A stretch of DNA of 64,000 nucleotides from Terriglobia bacterium (GTDB taxonomy: Bacteria > Acidobacteriota > Terriglobia > 20CM-2-55-15), in assembly GCA_965198225.1 (NCBI GenBank), contig CBDAOY010000009.1, forward strand, positions 992,001 to 1,056,000, written 5' to 3'. Below are positions 48,521 through 58,318 of the stretch, piece after piece. Both the position numbers and the translations under genes were made by a program. How positions within the stretch are numbered: the first letter of the stretch is position 1; each line of letters starts with the position of its first letter. Under the pieces are notes generated by a model, which saw nothing but the letters and a program-made list of their open reading frames with translations, searched no databases and had not been told where the DNA came from.

Positions 48521-51006
48521 TACTGACTACCCCCAATCGCTTCTCTCAGGGCTTGCTCGTACAACAAGCTGTCGGTGACAAACATGTTGTCCGGGTACCG
48601 CCGGGTTGCGGTCATGTTGTTGTATATGTCGACCTCGATGTACAGGTTCAGGGCCAGCCCGGCCAGGTACTGCAGCCGAAGGTTGCGGTCGAAATTCAAT
48701 TGGGCGTCTTTGAGCCAGTCGGTCATGTCGGCTCCCCGGTTTGCGTAGGTGCTGAGCACGTCGATGGCGGAGTTGAAGTCCACTTCGATCAGCGACTGCA
48801 TCAGCCGGGGCTCCCGTCGGATTCGCGCGTCCATCGTCTCAGGGTTGATTGTCGTCGGCCCTTCCTGTCCGAGGACGATCACGTCGTACCCCTCACCGAA
48901 GATGTCGCTGTTCCATACGGTGGCATCGGGAAACGCCCCGACGAAAGTGGCGAGCTGGCTCTTCACCGCCCCCTCGTTGCTTTCGTAGAGCGGTACCCAC
49001 TGCGTCACGACGCCTCCCGGGTTCAGGTGTTCTTTCACCATGTCGAAGTACTCCGCCGAGTACATGGCGGCGGCGCCGCGGACCCAGGGATGAATCGGGT
49101 CGGAGGTGATGATGTCGAATTTCTCGTCCGACGTCGCCAGGAAATGGCGCGCGTCGTCGATAACCACCTCGGTTCTCGGATCATCGATCACGAAGTGGTT
49201 TTCCTGTCCGAAGAATCGACCAGCGGCTTCCGGTACGTGAGCTTCGATCTCGCAGATGACGATCCGTTCGACTTCGGGATGAACGACGAAAGAGCCCGCC
49301 GTCACTCCGGCGCCGCAACCGACGATGAGAATCGAACGGGGGTTCTCATGGATCAGCGCAGGGACATGACCCAGCATCCTTTGAAGTCGCATGTCGATCT
49401 GCACGTTGGAGGCAACGACTTTGCCGGCGACGTGCATGCTGCGCTCGCCCTCGAACTCCGAGACCGCAACAGAGGCGTCGATTCCTTCCGCCGTGTAGAG
49501 GTACTCCGTACCTTGTCCCCAGTACTCGATGAACCGGCCGTAGGCTATCAGCCCCTGCGGCGTCGGAGGGACGACGAAGATCAGCACCAGGGCGAGGCTC
49601 ATCACGAACGCTGCCCCAGCGAGGCCCTGGAACGAGCCCGGTGCATCCCTGTCCGGCCCGGAGGATGCGGCGGCGTTCGACCGGCTCTCTCGGAGCATGA
49701 GGAGGGCGGCTCCGGCGGCTAGAACCATGAAAGCCTGCTGGGCACTCTGTGTGCCGGCATAGGGAATCCAGACGAGCGTGACGAACAGGCTCCCGATGAT
49801 CGCTCCGACAGTGTTAGCTGCATAGACTCCACCGACAAGCTTTCCGGACTCGCGACGGCCCTCCGCTGCTACGGCGAGAGCCAGCGGGAAAGACGCCCCC
49901 CACAGGAAGGTCGCCGGCAGCATGGCCACGGCGCACCGGAACATGTCGAACGCGTAGACATAGGCCATGCTGTCCAGAGACCGTTCGTAGATCCACGGGA
50001 AAAAGTCCTCGCTCGGCTGCCAGTAGGGCACCCGTTGGGTGATCATCAGGGCGCCCCAGAGGATCGCCGGGACCAGGAGCATCTGGCATTGGGCCAAGGC
50101 CTGTGCGGCGTTGCTGGTGCGCCGTGCGGCGAGGGAACCCACGCAGCTGCCGATTCCCAGTCCGGTCAAGAATACCGCCAGGATCAGCGAGAAATTGTAG
50201 ACCGTCGCTCCGAACAGCAGCGAGAGCTGCCTGGTCCAGACGACCTCGGCGCCGAGCGCCGTCAGTCCCGAAAGAGCGACCACCACGTAGGCTGCATTCG
50301 AGGAGGGCCGCGCATGTCCGCTTTCTTCAGGAGCATCGTGTTCGGAAGGGAATCCGTGTTTCGCTGCCACACAGAGGGCGATGACGCCGACCGCAACGTT
50401 GATCGCTACCGCAACGTAGGTGGCGAACACCGTATCGTGCACACGGAGCAGGTAGAAACCTGTGAACAGGGCGCCCAGCACCGCGCCGGCGATGTTTGCG
50501 CCGTAGAAGAACCCGAGGCGCGAGACCCCGACCTTGGTCGTCCGGATCCATCTCGCGACGGCCGGCAGGGTGGCACCCATCAAGACAGTCGGTGGAAGCA
50601 GGCAGAGGGCTGCGACCAGCCCTCTAATCAGGATGTTGCCCAGACCGTAGCCAAACGTACCGAGGTAGATCCGGCCGACAAAGGGAAGGAGGAAATAGAG
50701 GAGGACACCGATCAGCCCGATTCCAATCTCCAGGTACGCGTAGACGCGTAGCGGGTGGAACTTGGAGGAGACATAACGCGGGAATGCCAGGCTGCCCAGG
50801 CACATCCCTCCCATGAAGCTTCCGAGCAGGACGGCCAGCGAGATGGCGGACGCCCCGATCACCAGCTGCAGGATGTGGAACCAGACGATCTCGTAGATGA
50901 GGGCCGAGCAACCACTGCCGACGAAAAGCAACAAGAGTGCGGGTGTGAAATACCCCGACCCGGACGAGGTGCCCGGAGCCGGTGCTGCGGTTTGTAGGGA
51001 ACTCAC
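48520..51006 (-). CDS. Fused multi-TM (MFS-like)/spermidine-synthase-like protein
   Basis: SG..ALIYEIVW, PT.LMGATLP and YAANT.GA membrane repeats. The C-terminal SAM-fold has LIVGCGAG.T, CEIE, DDAR and DIITSDP. Confidence 0.88.
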   Translation of the reverse strand: MSSLQTAAPAPGTSSGSGYFTPALLLLFVGSGCSALIYEIVWFHILQLVIGASAISLAVLLGSFMGGMCLGSLAFPRYVSSKFHPLRVYAYLEIGIGLIGVLLYFLLPFVGRIYLGTFGYGLGNILIRGLVAALCLLPPTVLMGATLPAVARWIRTTKVGVSRLGFFYGANIAGAVLGALFTGFYLLRVHDTVFATYVAVAINVAVGVIALCVAAKHGFPSEHDAPEESGHARPSSNAAYVVVALSGLTALGAEVVWTRQLSLLFGATVYNFSLILAVFLTGLGIGSCVGSLAARRTSNAAQALAQCQMLLVPAILWGALMITQRVPYWQPSEDFFPWIYERSLDSMAYVYAFDMFRCAVAMLPATFLWGASFPLALAVAAEGRRESGKLVGGVYAANTVGAIIGSLFVTLVWIPYAGTQSAQQAFMVLAAGAALLMLRESRSNAAASSGPDRDAPGSFQGLAGAAFVMSLALVLIFVVPPTPQGLIAYGRFIEYWGQGTEYLYTAEGIDASVAVSEFEGERSMHVAGKVVASNVQIDMRLQRMLGHVPALIHENPRSILIVGCGAGVTAGSFVVHPEVERIVICEIEAHVPEAAGRFFGQENHFVIDDPRTEVVIDDARHFLATSDEKFDIITSDPIHPWVRGAAAMYSAEYFDMVKEHLNPGGVVTQWVPLYESNEGAVKSQLATFVGAFPDATVWNSDIFGEGYDVIVLGQEGPTTINPETMDARIRREPRLMQSLIEVDFNSAIDVLSTYANRGADMTDWLKDAQLNFDRNLRLQYLAGLALNLYIEVDIYNNMTATRRYPDNMFVTDSLLYEQALREAIGGSQ

Positions 51007-51209
51007 TTCTTTCTCGGTTCGGGAGTCGGTCTTGGGTTCCTCGATCCGTCAGGATCGTAGACCGACACACTGATGCCGGTCAATCGGCGGTGGAGACCCT
51101 TATTCAACTTCACAAGTTCCTACGAGCGGCTTGCGATCTCGGTTACACCTCTGAACGTCAGCAGCGTTTGACGCTGGTAGACACGTCCGATACTATGCCT
51201 TCCTCGCAA

Positions 51210-51481
51210 GTACTCTGTCCCAGAGATAGCGAGCCTAACGCCGATGGGTCTTGGCGGCGAGGTCGAGGAGCGAGACGCGAAGTGATGCTCTTTCATCCTG
51301 AACGGCGAGAGACAAAGAGATCGCCGCCAACCCCCATCGGCCCGAAGGGTTCGGGCGGAACGGCATCGTCTTCGTTGTCGCTCCTCACTCACAATGAGTG
51401 AGCATTTCCTCCCTCGTCGCTCCTAGAATCCGATGCCGTTGCGCTCCGAACGTTAAGCTCGCTATCTCTGGGACAGGGTAC
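51210..51481 (+). mobile_element. 272-bp MITE-like structured element, type B
   Basis: 32-bp inverted repeats at 51209-51240 and 51451-51482 (30/32 match), unrelated to the type A TIRs. Internal loop motifs and architecture match 17817..18087. Confidence 0.8.
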
Positions 51482-51551
51482 TACGGGTCAACGTAATGTT
51501 TTGACGACGCGATCCATCAGATTCTTGCCACGAGCTGCTGAGGGAGAGACG

Positions 51552-53162
51552 ATGCCGAGAACATTTGAAGCGCCGGGACCCGGGTCCTGGGAACAGGATT
51601 CCACACACTGTCCGCGTCCGCTGACCGAATACGCTTTCAGCCTGTTCAAGAATGAGTTTCCCAGAGGGTTTTCCGAAGGGACGGCTCGTATGGGCCTGCT
51701 TTTCAGCCACCTCGAACCGGCCAGCGTCAACGGGTTCATGTACTACAAGACGATTGGGGCAAGTGAAGAAGAATTCCCGGCCCGCTTCGCTGCTGCTGAA
51801 GAGGCCTTCACGTCGAAACTGTGGCGCGCCGAGTTGCAGCGGTGGGATACGGAATACAAACCCGATTCGATTCGCCGTAACAGGGCCCTCCAGTCCGTCG
51901 CCATACGGGATTTGGACACGGACGCATTCATCGACCACCTGGAAGCCGCCCGCTCCAACTGTGGGGAGATGATCTACCGGCACCACATTTTTACAGCACC
52001 CTCGATCGTGCCGATGGGGCACTACGTGGCCGAGGTCACCGAGTGGACGGGCCTCGACGCCGGTCAGTTGCTGGCCCCGCTGAAAGGAGCCGCCCCTGTT
52101 TCCTGCGGCGCAACGGAGGAACTCCGGCGGGTCGCCGAAGCGCTCGATCGAAATAACGTGGGACCTGGAGACTTCGATGCGGGCTTAAAGGCAGGCGAGA
52201 TCCTGGCTCAGTTGCGTTCGCGCGACGACGACGTCGGCCGGGCCATCGACGCTTACCTCGATGTCGTCTGGTTGAGAGTGGTGTCCGGCTACGATGTTGC
52301 TGACCCATATGCTATCGAGATGCCCGAAATGATCCTGAATTCCATCTGGGCTTCCGGCAGCGTTCATGGGGACAAGGACGCGTCGGCGGACGAGGTCGCC
52401 CGGGTGCGCGACGCGGTCCCGGCCCAGCACCGAGACAGCTTTGACGAAGTGTTGGCGGATGCACGACTCATCAGCCGGCTTCGTGACGAGCGCGGCGTCT
52501 ACAACGACAACTGGGGTACGGGCATCGCCCGCAGGGCGATCCTGGAGGTCGGCCGCCGCCTCACCCGTCAGGGTCGAATCGATGACGCGGAGATGGCCAT
52601 CGATGCGACGCATGAAGAAATGGTTTCGATGTTGCGGGGTGGGGACCGTCCGACGAACGCAGACCTGAGGGAACGCGGTGACTGGCGTCGAAACGCTTCT
52701 CTGAAAGACGTCCCCCCTTTGTTGGGAGATCCCCCGCAGCAGCCGCCTCCGCTCGACAGACTCCCCCCGTATGCCGCGATGGCGATGCGGGCGTTCGGGG
52801 CGGCCCTGGGAGAAGTGTTCGGAGACGCTGAAGATCCTGCCGAGACCGCGATCACGGGCAAGCCGGTCAGCGCGGGGGTCTATGAGGGTGTGGCGCGGGT
52901 CATCGGTCACCCTGCTGACTTCGATCGTTTGAACCAGGGAGACGTGCTGATTACCGCCGCGACCTCGGCTGCCTTCAATGTCGTGCTTCCGCTCGTCGGC
53001 GCCATCGTCACGGACCGGGGCGGGCAGCTATCCCATGCCGCGATTGTCGCTCGGGAATACGGGCTCCCCGCGGTGGTCGGTACGCTCAAGGCCACCTCCG
53101 TGATCCCCGACGGTGCGCGCGTTCGGGTCGACGGCGGTTCGGGTAAGGTTGATGTGCTGTGA
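51552..53162 (+). CDS. PEP-dikinase-type phosphotransferase subunit: substrate domain plus phospho-His swivel (Rph-C/PpsA-like)
   Basis: C-terminal G.PVSAGVYEG.ARVI and GAIVTDRGGQLSHAAIVAREYGLPAVVG. N-terminal W..D..H.PRP. No pyruvate-binding barrel. Confidence 0.82.
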   Translation: MPRTFEAPGPGSWEQDSTHCPRPLTEYAFSLFKNEFPRGFSEGTARMGLLFSHLEPASVNGFMYYKTIGASEEEFPARFAAAEEAFTSKLWRAELQRWDTEYKPDSIRRNRALQSVAIRDLDTDAFIDHLEAARSNCGEMIYRHHIFTAPSIVPMGHYVAEVTEWTGLDAGQLLAPLKGAAPVSCGATEELRRVAEALDRNNVGPGDFDAGLKAGEILAQLRSRDDDVGRAIDAYLDVVWLRVVSGYDVADPYAIEMPEMILNSIWASGSVHGDKDASADEVARVRDAVPAQHRDSFDEVLADARLISRLRDERGVYNDNWGTGIARRAILEVGRRLTRQGRIDDAEMAIDATHEEMVSMLRGGDRPTNADLRERGDWRRNASLKDVPPLLGDPPQQPPPLDRLPPYAAMAMRAFGAALGEVFGDAEDPAETAITGKPVSAGVYEGVARVIGHPADFDRLNQGDVLITAATSAAFNVVLPLVGAIVTDRGGQLSHAAIVAREYGLPAVVGTLKATSVIPDGARVRVDGGSGKVDVL

Positions 53163-53977
53163 CCGACTGTGTCCCGCTGTCTGAAGCGGAAGACGAGAAG
53201 CGATTCGGCGGAAAGTCCGTCAGTCTCGGGTCGGCGATCCGGTCCGGACTGCCGGTTCCGCCCGGATTCGCGCTCAGCGTCGACTTGGTCGATTCCGTCG
53301 CCGCGCAAGACGAAGTCTCCATCGGGATGTTGGAAGAGACGTACGTCGGGATCGGAGGAGCTCTGGCGGTTCGGTCTTCCGCGGTGGGAGAGGATGCCAA
53401 GGACGCCAGCTTCGCCGGACAACATGTCACGATCCTGAACGTCCGCACCCCCGACGCCCTATCCCAGGCTGTACGGGAGGTCCACAACTCCGCTCATTCC
53501 GCGTCGGCCCTGGCATACCGGAAGAGGATGGGAATCGAGGACCCGCCGCGCATCGGCGTTACCTTGCAGCAGATGGTCGAGCCGGAGTCGGCCGGAGTCC
53601 TGTTCACCCGGAACCCCGCCACAGGCGCCCAAGAACGGGTTATCGAAGCGGCCTGGGGTCTGGGAGAAGCCGTCGTTTCGGGACTGGTCGTCCCCGATTC
53701 CTACCGCGTCGCGTCCGACGGGGAAATCCTCGAAATCTCGATAGGGGAGAAGGACATGTGTCTCCGCTCGACTCCGGAGGGGGGGACCGAAGAGGTTCCG
53801 GTCGAGGACGCCCGGGTCCGGGCCCGCGTTCTCGACGACTCCCGGCTTGGAGATCTGCACCGACTGACGCTCGGCTGCGAGGAGTTCTACGGAAGCGGGT
53901 TGGACATCGAATGGGCCTTCTCTGAAGGCTCTCTCTTCCTGCTCCAATGTCGATCGATCACGCGCATCGGACGATGA
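53159..53977 (+). CDS. PEP-dikinase ATP-grasp (PPDK_N) subunit (PpsB-like)
   Basis: GGK..SL, VPPGF, AVRSSA.GED...SFAGQ, QQMV, AGVLFT.NP, WGLGEA.VSG, DIEWA and LLQCRSIT. GTGA overlap with the upstream gene. Confidence 0.9.
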   Translation: MTDCVPLSEAEDEKRFGGKSVSLGSAIRSGLPVPPGFALSVDLVDSVAAQDEVSIGMLEETYVGIGGALAVRSSAVGEDAKDASFAGQHVTILNVRTPDALSQAVREVHNSAHSASALAYRKRMGIEDPPRIGVTLQQMVEPESAGVLFTRNPATGAQERVIEAAWGLGEAVVSGLVVPDSYRVASDGEILEISIGEKDMCLRSTPEGGTEEVPVEDARVRARVLDDSRLGDLHRLTLGCEEFYGSGLDIEWAFSEGSLFLLQCRSITRIGR

Positions 53978-53987
53978 GAACCGCCAC

Positions 53988-55382
53988 TTGACCGCCGCCG
54001 ACACCTCCGCCACTGTTGCCGCGCCCGCCGAGAAGCTTTCATGGATGTTCTACGTCGGGATGTTCATGGCCGCCTCGCTGTCGCCGCTCGGTTCGACGAT
54101 GATCGCCGTCGCACTGCCTTCCATCGGGCAGGAGCTCGGCGTCGGCAGCGGCTCGCTGACTCAATGGCTCGTCTCCAGTTATCTCATCGTCGGGATCGCC
54201 TTCATGAGTCCGGGCGGAAAGCTCGGCGACAGGATCGGACATGACAAGGGGTTGGTCCTCGGTATGGCGATCTACGGAGTCGGATCGGTCGTCGGTTTCG
54301 CGCTGGCCAACCTGCCGAGCCTCGCATTCGCCCGGATATGCATGGCCATCGGAGGTTCGCTTGCCGTGCCTGCTGCCATGGCTCTCCTGCGAAACCTGGT
54401 GCCGGCAGAGCGCCGGGCACGGACGTTTGGTTATTTCGGGTCCGTGATGGGAACGGCCGCTGCGATCGGCCCACTGCTCGGCGGAGAGTTGACGGCGCAG
54501 TTTGGCTGGCGTTCGGTCTTCATAGCCAACGTGCCCGTCGTCGTGATCGCGCTCGTCCTGGTGCGCGTCGCGGGACCCCGCGCGCGGAGCGTGTCGGAGA
54601 CAAAGACGCGGCCGCGCTTCGATGTGTTCGGCAGTATGTTCCTTGGCCTCGGTCTGACCCTGCTGGTCATCGCGTTGCAGATCGTGTCGCCGTTCGCCGC
54701 AGCGCTCGGATTGGCCGGGGTTCTGCTGCTGGGAATTTTCACTTTCTGGGAGCAGCGGGTGGCTGAACCCGTACTCGACCTGGGTATGTTCCTGAAACGC
54801 AGCTTCGCGGCCGCCAGTGCCGTCATCGGACTTCAGAATCTTGCGATGTACGCTTTCCTGTTTCAGCTTCCGATATTCTTCGAGCAGGTTCGAGGCGCCG
54901 AGGCGGGAACCACCGGACGTTCCATCATCGGGATGATGATCGCGATGGTTGTGTTCTCACCCATCGGCGGCCGGGTCGCCGAACGGATCGGAGTTCGGCT
55001 GACGGTCTTCTCGGGGTCGGTGCTGACGCTGGTCGGCCTGTCCCTCGTCGTCGACATCAACCGGCTTGCCGTCCCGACCGACGCGTTGCCCGGTCTGGTC
55101 CTCCTCGGAGCGGGATATGGTCTGTGCTCAGCACCTTCCCAGGCGGCGGCGATGAGCGCTGTCAGACGTGAGGATGCGGGAATGGCCGGGGGCGCCGTGT
55201 CGACCGCCCGGTACATCGGAGGCGTCATCGGGATCTCGGCCCTCGGCTACATGCTCGGTCGAGCGGGTGACGCGCCCGGTTCGGACGCCCACGGCTCGGC
55301 GATGCTTGTTTACGGAGCGGCGCTCCTTGCTGCGACGACCGTGTCGCTGCTCCTGCCACCGCGCTTGCACCGGGAGGATTGA
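53988..55382 (+). CDS. MFS efflux transporter, DHA2 (14-TMS) type
   Basis: VALPSI, GKLGDRIG, GPLLGG.L....GWRSVF..NVP and E.R...P.LDL. TTG start; the exact start is uncertain. Confidence 0.9.
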   Translation: MTAADTSATVAAPAEKLSWMFYVGMFMAASLSPLGSTMIAVALPSIGQELGVGSGSLTQWLVSSYLIVGIAFMSPGGKLGDRIGHDKGLVLGMAIYGVGSVVGFALANLPSLAFARICMAIGGSLAVPAAMALLRNLVPAERRARTFGYFGSVMGTAAAIGPLLGGELTAQFGWRSVFIANVPVVVIALVLVRVAGPRARSVSETKTRPRFDVFGSMFLGLGLTLLVIALQIVSPFAAALGLAGVLLLGIFTFWEQRVAEPVLDLGMFLKRSFAAASAVIGLQNLAMYAFLFQLPIFFEQVRGAEAGTTGRSIIGMMIAMVVFSPIGGRVAERIGVRLTVFSGSVLTLVGLSLVVDINRLAVPTDALPGLVLLGAGYGLCSAPSQAAAMSAVRREDAGMAGGAVSTARYIGGVIGISALGYMLGRAGDAPGSDAHGSAMLVYGAALLAATTVSLLLPPRLHRED

Positions 55383-55520
55383 CTCTTCAACGGGCGCCCT
55401 ACTTGTGAAATCCAGCACCGTGGGGGAATATACATGTTTCGCCGGAGCCTTCAGGGATGAGCGTCGCCGGCCTCGATGCGGACGATTTCTTGTCCATCAA
55501 CCTACCGTAGAGTTTGGAGA

Positions 55521-58250
55521 ATGACTGCGATCCTGGTCTTCATGATGGCCGCCCTGACGGTTCAGATGGGACAGAGCGTCGACGGCGTTCGCCTGGTGCT
55601 CGTCAACGAGGCCGGCAACGTCGTGGACGAAGTCGAGGCGCCGCGCCCCGGAAGCTACACCTTCGAGGAAGTGGAGAACGGAGTCTACACGATCCGTGCC
55701 GTCGTCGAGGACCTCACGATCACATCTCTTGCCGACGTACGTGTCCCGGAAACGGACATGGTGCAGGTTGACGTCACCGAGGACGCCGTCGGTCGCGCCG
55801 TGGCCGCCCGTCAACAGTCCGCCGCCGGGCAGAGAAACCAGAACATCCAGGTGAACCTCATCGACAACGATGCCTTGACCGAGCAACTCGCTCGTTCCGG
55901 TGCGGAAGTCCGGCCGATCACGGAATTCTCGGCCGTTCGGCGCAACTACGCCGCTGAATTCGGTGGACTGGGTCGGAACATCCAGATCGTGGGCGCCGAC
56001 CCCCAGAACGCCTTCCATGGGGAGTTTTACGAATACCTTCAGAACAGCGTGTTCAACGCCCGTTCGTTCTTCCAGGTCGGAGACGTGGAACCCACGCGGC
56101 GGAATCAGTATGGATTCCGCCTCGGGGGCCCTGTGGGTTCGGACAAACTGTCATTCCTCCTGACAGGTCAGGAGGTTCGCGAGGCTGGAGCCGTCAACGG
56201 GAACGTCCTGGTGCCCCTGCCCAGCGAGCGGACCCCGCTGTCGGATGATCCAGACGTCCGGCGCCTCATACAGCGATGGCTCGAGGCCTACCCCGTGGAA
56301 CTGCCGAATCGCCCCGAAATCGACCCGCGCATGCTCAACACGAATGCCAACCAGGCGATTCGCAACAGCGGCGGGTCGCTGGGACTCTACTGGGACGTCA
56401 ACGCGGCGAACACGTTCGCGCTACGCTACTCGCTCGGAGACGTCTTCATCGACTCCTTTGAATTCGTCGACGGCCTGAATCCGAACCAGCGCCTGCGCCC
56501 CCAGACGCTCAACCTGTCGATGGCTCGACGCATTTCTCCGGAAACCAGCCTGCGCGTGGGCTTCAACTTCATTCGCCGAAAGATTCATCTCCTGGTTCCT
56601 CCTGCCGCTGTCGGTCCGTTTGTGACGATCGCGCGGCAGGTTGAAAACCTCGGTCCGTTCAGCCAGTTTCCGATCCTCAGGGTGCAGAACGATTTTGAGT
56701 ACCTCGTGGCTGGAACCACCGGCACCGGAAACCACCAACTGGACTGGGGTACGGAGATCCGCCGCTACCAGATGAACGACCTGCAGAGCGACAATGCGCG
56801 TGGCATCTTCAACTTCCGCCCCAACTTTGGGAACGGGGCGTTCGAGAACCTCCTCCTGGGTTTGCCGTCAAAGTACGAGCAGAGCCTGGGCAACCTGTAC
56901 CGAGGATTTCGTTACACCGACTTCAGCCTGTTTCTGAACGACCGTTGGAGCGTCACGCCGAATCTGGACCTGACGCTGGGACTGCGCTACGAGTACGCGG
57001 GGGGGCCGAGCGAGGTCAACGACCTGACCGAGTTTTCCTATTCTTCCGACGCGAACAATTTTGCCCCACGCTTCGGTTTTGCATACGCATCGGGCGACAC
57101 GACCATCCGCGGCGGCTATGGGATCGCTTTCGGAAGGGTCTTTCCGGTCACGTTCCAATCGGCTCGGTTCAATCCGCCCGCCGTCGTACGCTTGTCGGCA
57201 CAGAGTCCCGACATTCTGGATCCGCTCGGCGAGTTCGAAATGCCCGATGGAAACGGCCCGGTTCGGTCGTCACTCAACCTGATCGACCCTGACCTTGTCG
57301 TTCCATACGCCCAGCAGTACGGGCTGCAACTGGAGCGGAACTTGACCCCATCGACGAGGTTGGCTGCGGCGTACGTGGGCAGCCGTACCTGGAAGCTTTT
57401 CCAGACGCTCCACAGCAATCGCGCGGGTCGGCCCGAGGGGATATCCATAACGACGGGAACCATCAACGATCGCCGGCCCGACCAGAACTTCTTCGCGGTC
57501 AACACGATCACGAACATGGGTCGGGCGTATTTCGATGCCGCCCAGTTGAGCCTGGACCAGGTTTTCAACGCGGGACTGTCGGTGCGCGCCAGCTACACAT
57601 TCAGCAAGGCCATCGACACCGGACCGGATTTCTCGAACACGGCGGTCGGCATGGACGAGCGGCGGGAGCAACGGGAGGATGCGGTGGTTGCGGGCCTGAA
57701 AGCGCTGAGCAGCTTCGACTCCCCGCACGCATTCGTCATGGGCTATCGGTGGGAACTCCCCGGCCGATTCATGTTGGGCTGGTCGGTCTCCGGCACCGCG
57801 TTGTTCCGTTCCGGGACGCCGTTCTCGGTCGAAACCGGGACGGATGCGCCTCCGAGCGGAAACGTGGACGGCGTCCGTCAGGATCGCCCGACGATCCTGG
57901 ATCCATCCCTATTGGGCAGGAGCATCGACGACCCGGACACGTCACTGGGTATTTTCAGGCGGGAGGGGTTCAGCGTTGAAGACACCTTCGTCAACGGCTT
58001 CGGAAATCTTGCCCGCAATACTTTCCGCAAGGATGGGACGAGCAACTTGAACCTGGCGATCGCAAAGGAGTTCTCCCTCTCCGCCGATCAGACGCGATCG
58101 TTGACCTTTCGGACCGAGATCACGAACCTGACCAACCATCCGCAGTTCGACGAGCCCAACAACACCGTGGTGTCCCCCTCGTTCGGTCGAATCACCAACA
58201 CGCTGAACAGCGGTCGTATCGTCCAGTTTGCGTTGCAGTTTCGTTTTTAG
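55521..58250 (+). CDS. Oar-type TonB-dependent receptor with a shortened plug
   Basis: NYAAEFG, FHG..YEY.QN..FNAR.FF, RNQYG...GGP, L.LGLRYE, NNFAPRFGFAY, IRGGYG and C-terminal R.VQFALQFRF. Confidence 0.88.
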   Translation: MTAILVFMMAALTVQMGQSVDGVRLVLVNEAGNVVDEVEAPRPGSYTFEEVENGVYTIRAVVEDLTITSLADVRVPETDMVQVDVTEDAVGRAVAARQQSAAGQRNQNIQVNLIDNDALTEQLARSGAEVRPITEFSAVRRNYAAEFGGLGRNIQIVGADPQNAFHGEFYEYLQNSVFNARSFFQVGDVEPTRRNQYGFRLGGPVGSDKLSFLLTGQEVREAGAVNGNVLVPLPSERTPLSDDPDVRRLIQRWLEAYPVELPNRPEIDPRMLNTNANQAIRNSGGSLGLYWDVNAANTFALRYSLGDVFIDSFEFVDGLNPNQRLRPQTLNLSMARRISPETSLRVGFNFIRRKIHLLVPPAAVGPFVTIARQVENLGPFSQFPILRVQNDFEYLVAGTTGTGNHQLDWGTEIRRYQMNDLQSDNARGIFNFRPNFGNGAFENLLLGLPSKYEQSLGNLYRGFRYTDFSLFLNDRWSVTPNLDLTLGLRYEYAGGPSEVNDLTEFSYSSDANNFAPRFGFAYASGDTTIRGGYGIAFGRVFPVTFQSARFNPPAVVRLSAQSPDILDPLGEFEMPDGNGPVRSSLNLIDPDLVVPYAQQYGLQLERNLTPSTRLAAAYVGSRTWKLFQTLHSNRAGRPEGISITTGTINDRRPDQNFFAVNTITNMGRAYFDAAQLSLDQVFNAGLSVRASYTFSKAIDTGPDFSNTAVGMDERREQREDAVVAGLKALSSFDSPHAFVMGYRWELPGRFMLGWSVSGTALFRSGTPFSVETGTDAPPSGNVDGVRQDRPTILDPSLLGRSIDDPDTSLGIFRREGFSVEDTFVNGFGNLARNTFRKDGTSNLNLAIAKEFSLSADQTRSLTFRTEITNLTNHPQFDEPNNTVVSPSFGRITNTLNSGRIVQFALQFRF

Positions 58251-58318
58251 AGATAGACTAATCGCTTTCCCGATGCTTCGGGCCGTCATCATCCGACTTC
58301 CACAAAGGAGATCCGAGC

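Noticed and set aside
51552-53977. Canonical PEP synthase/PPDK broken by a frameshift
   Set aside because: Domain order is reversed, the pyruvate-binding barrel is absent, and the GTGA overlap indicates two real genes.
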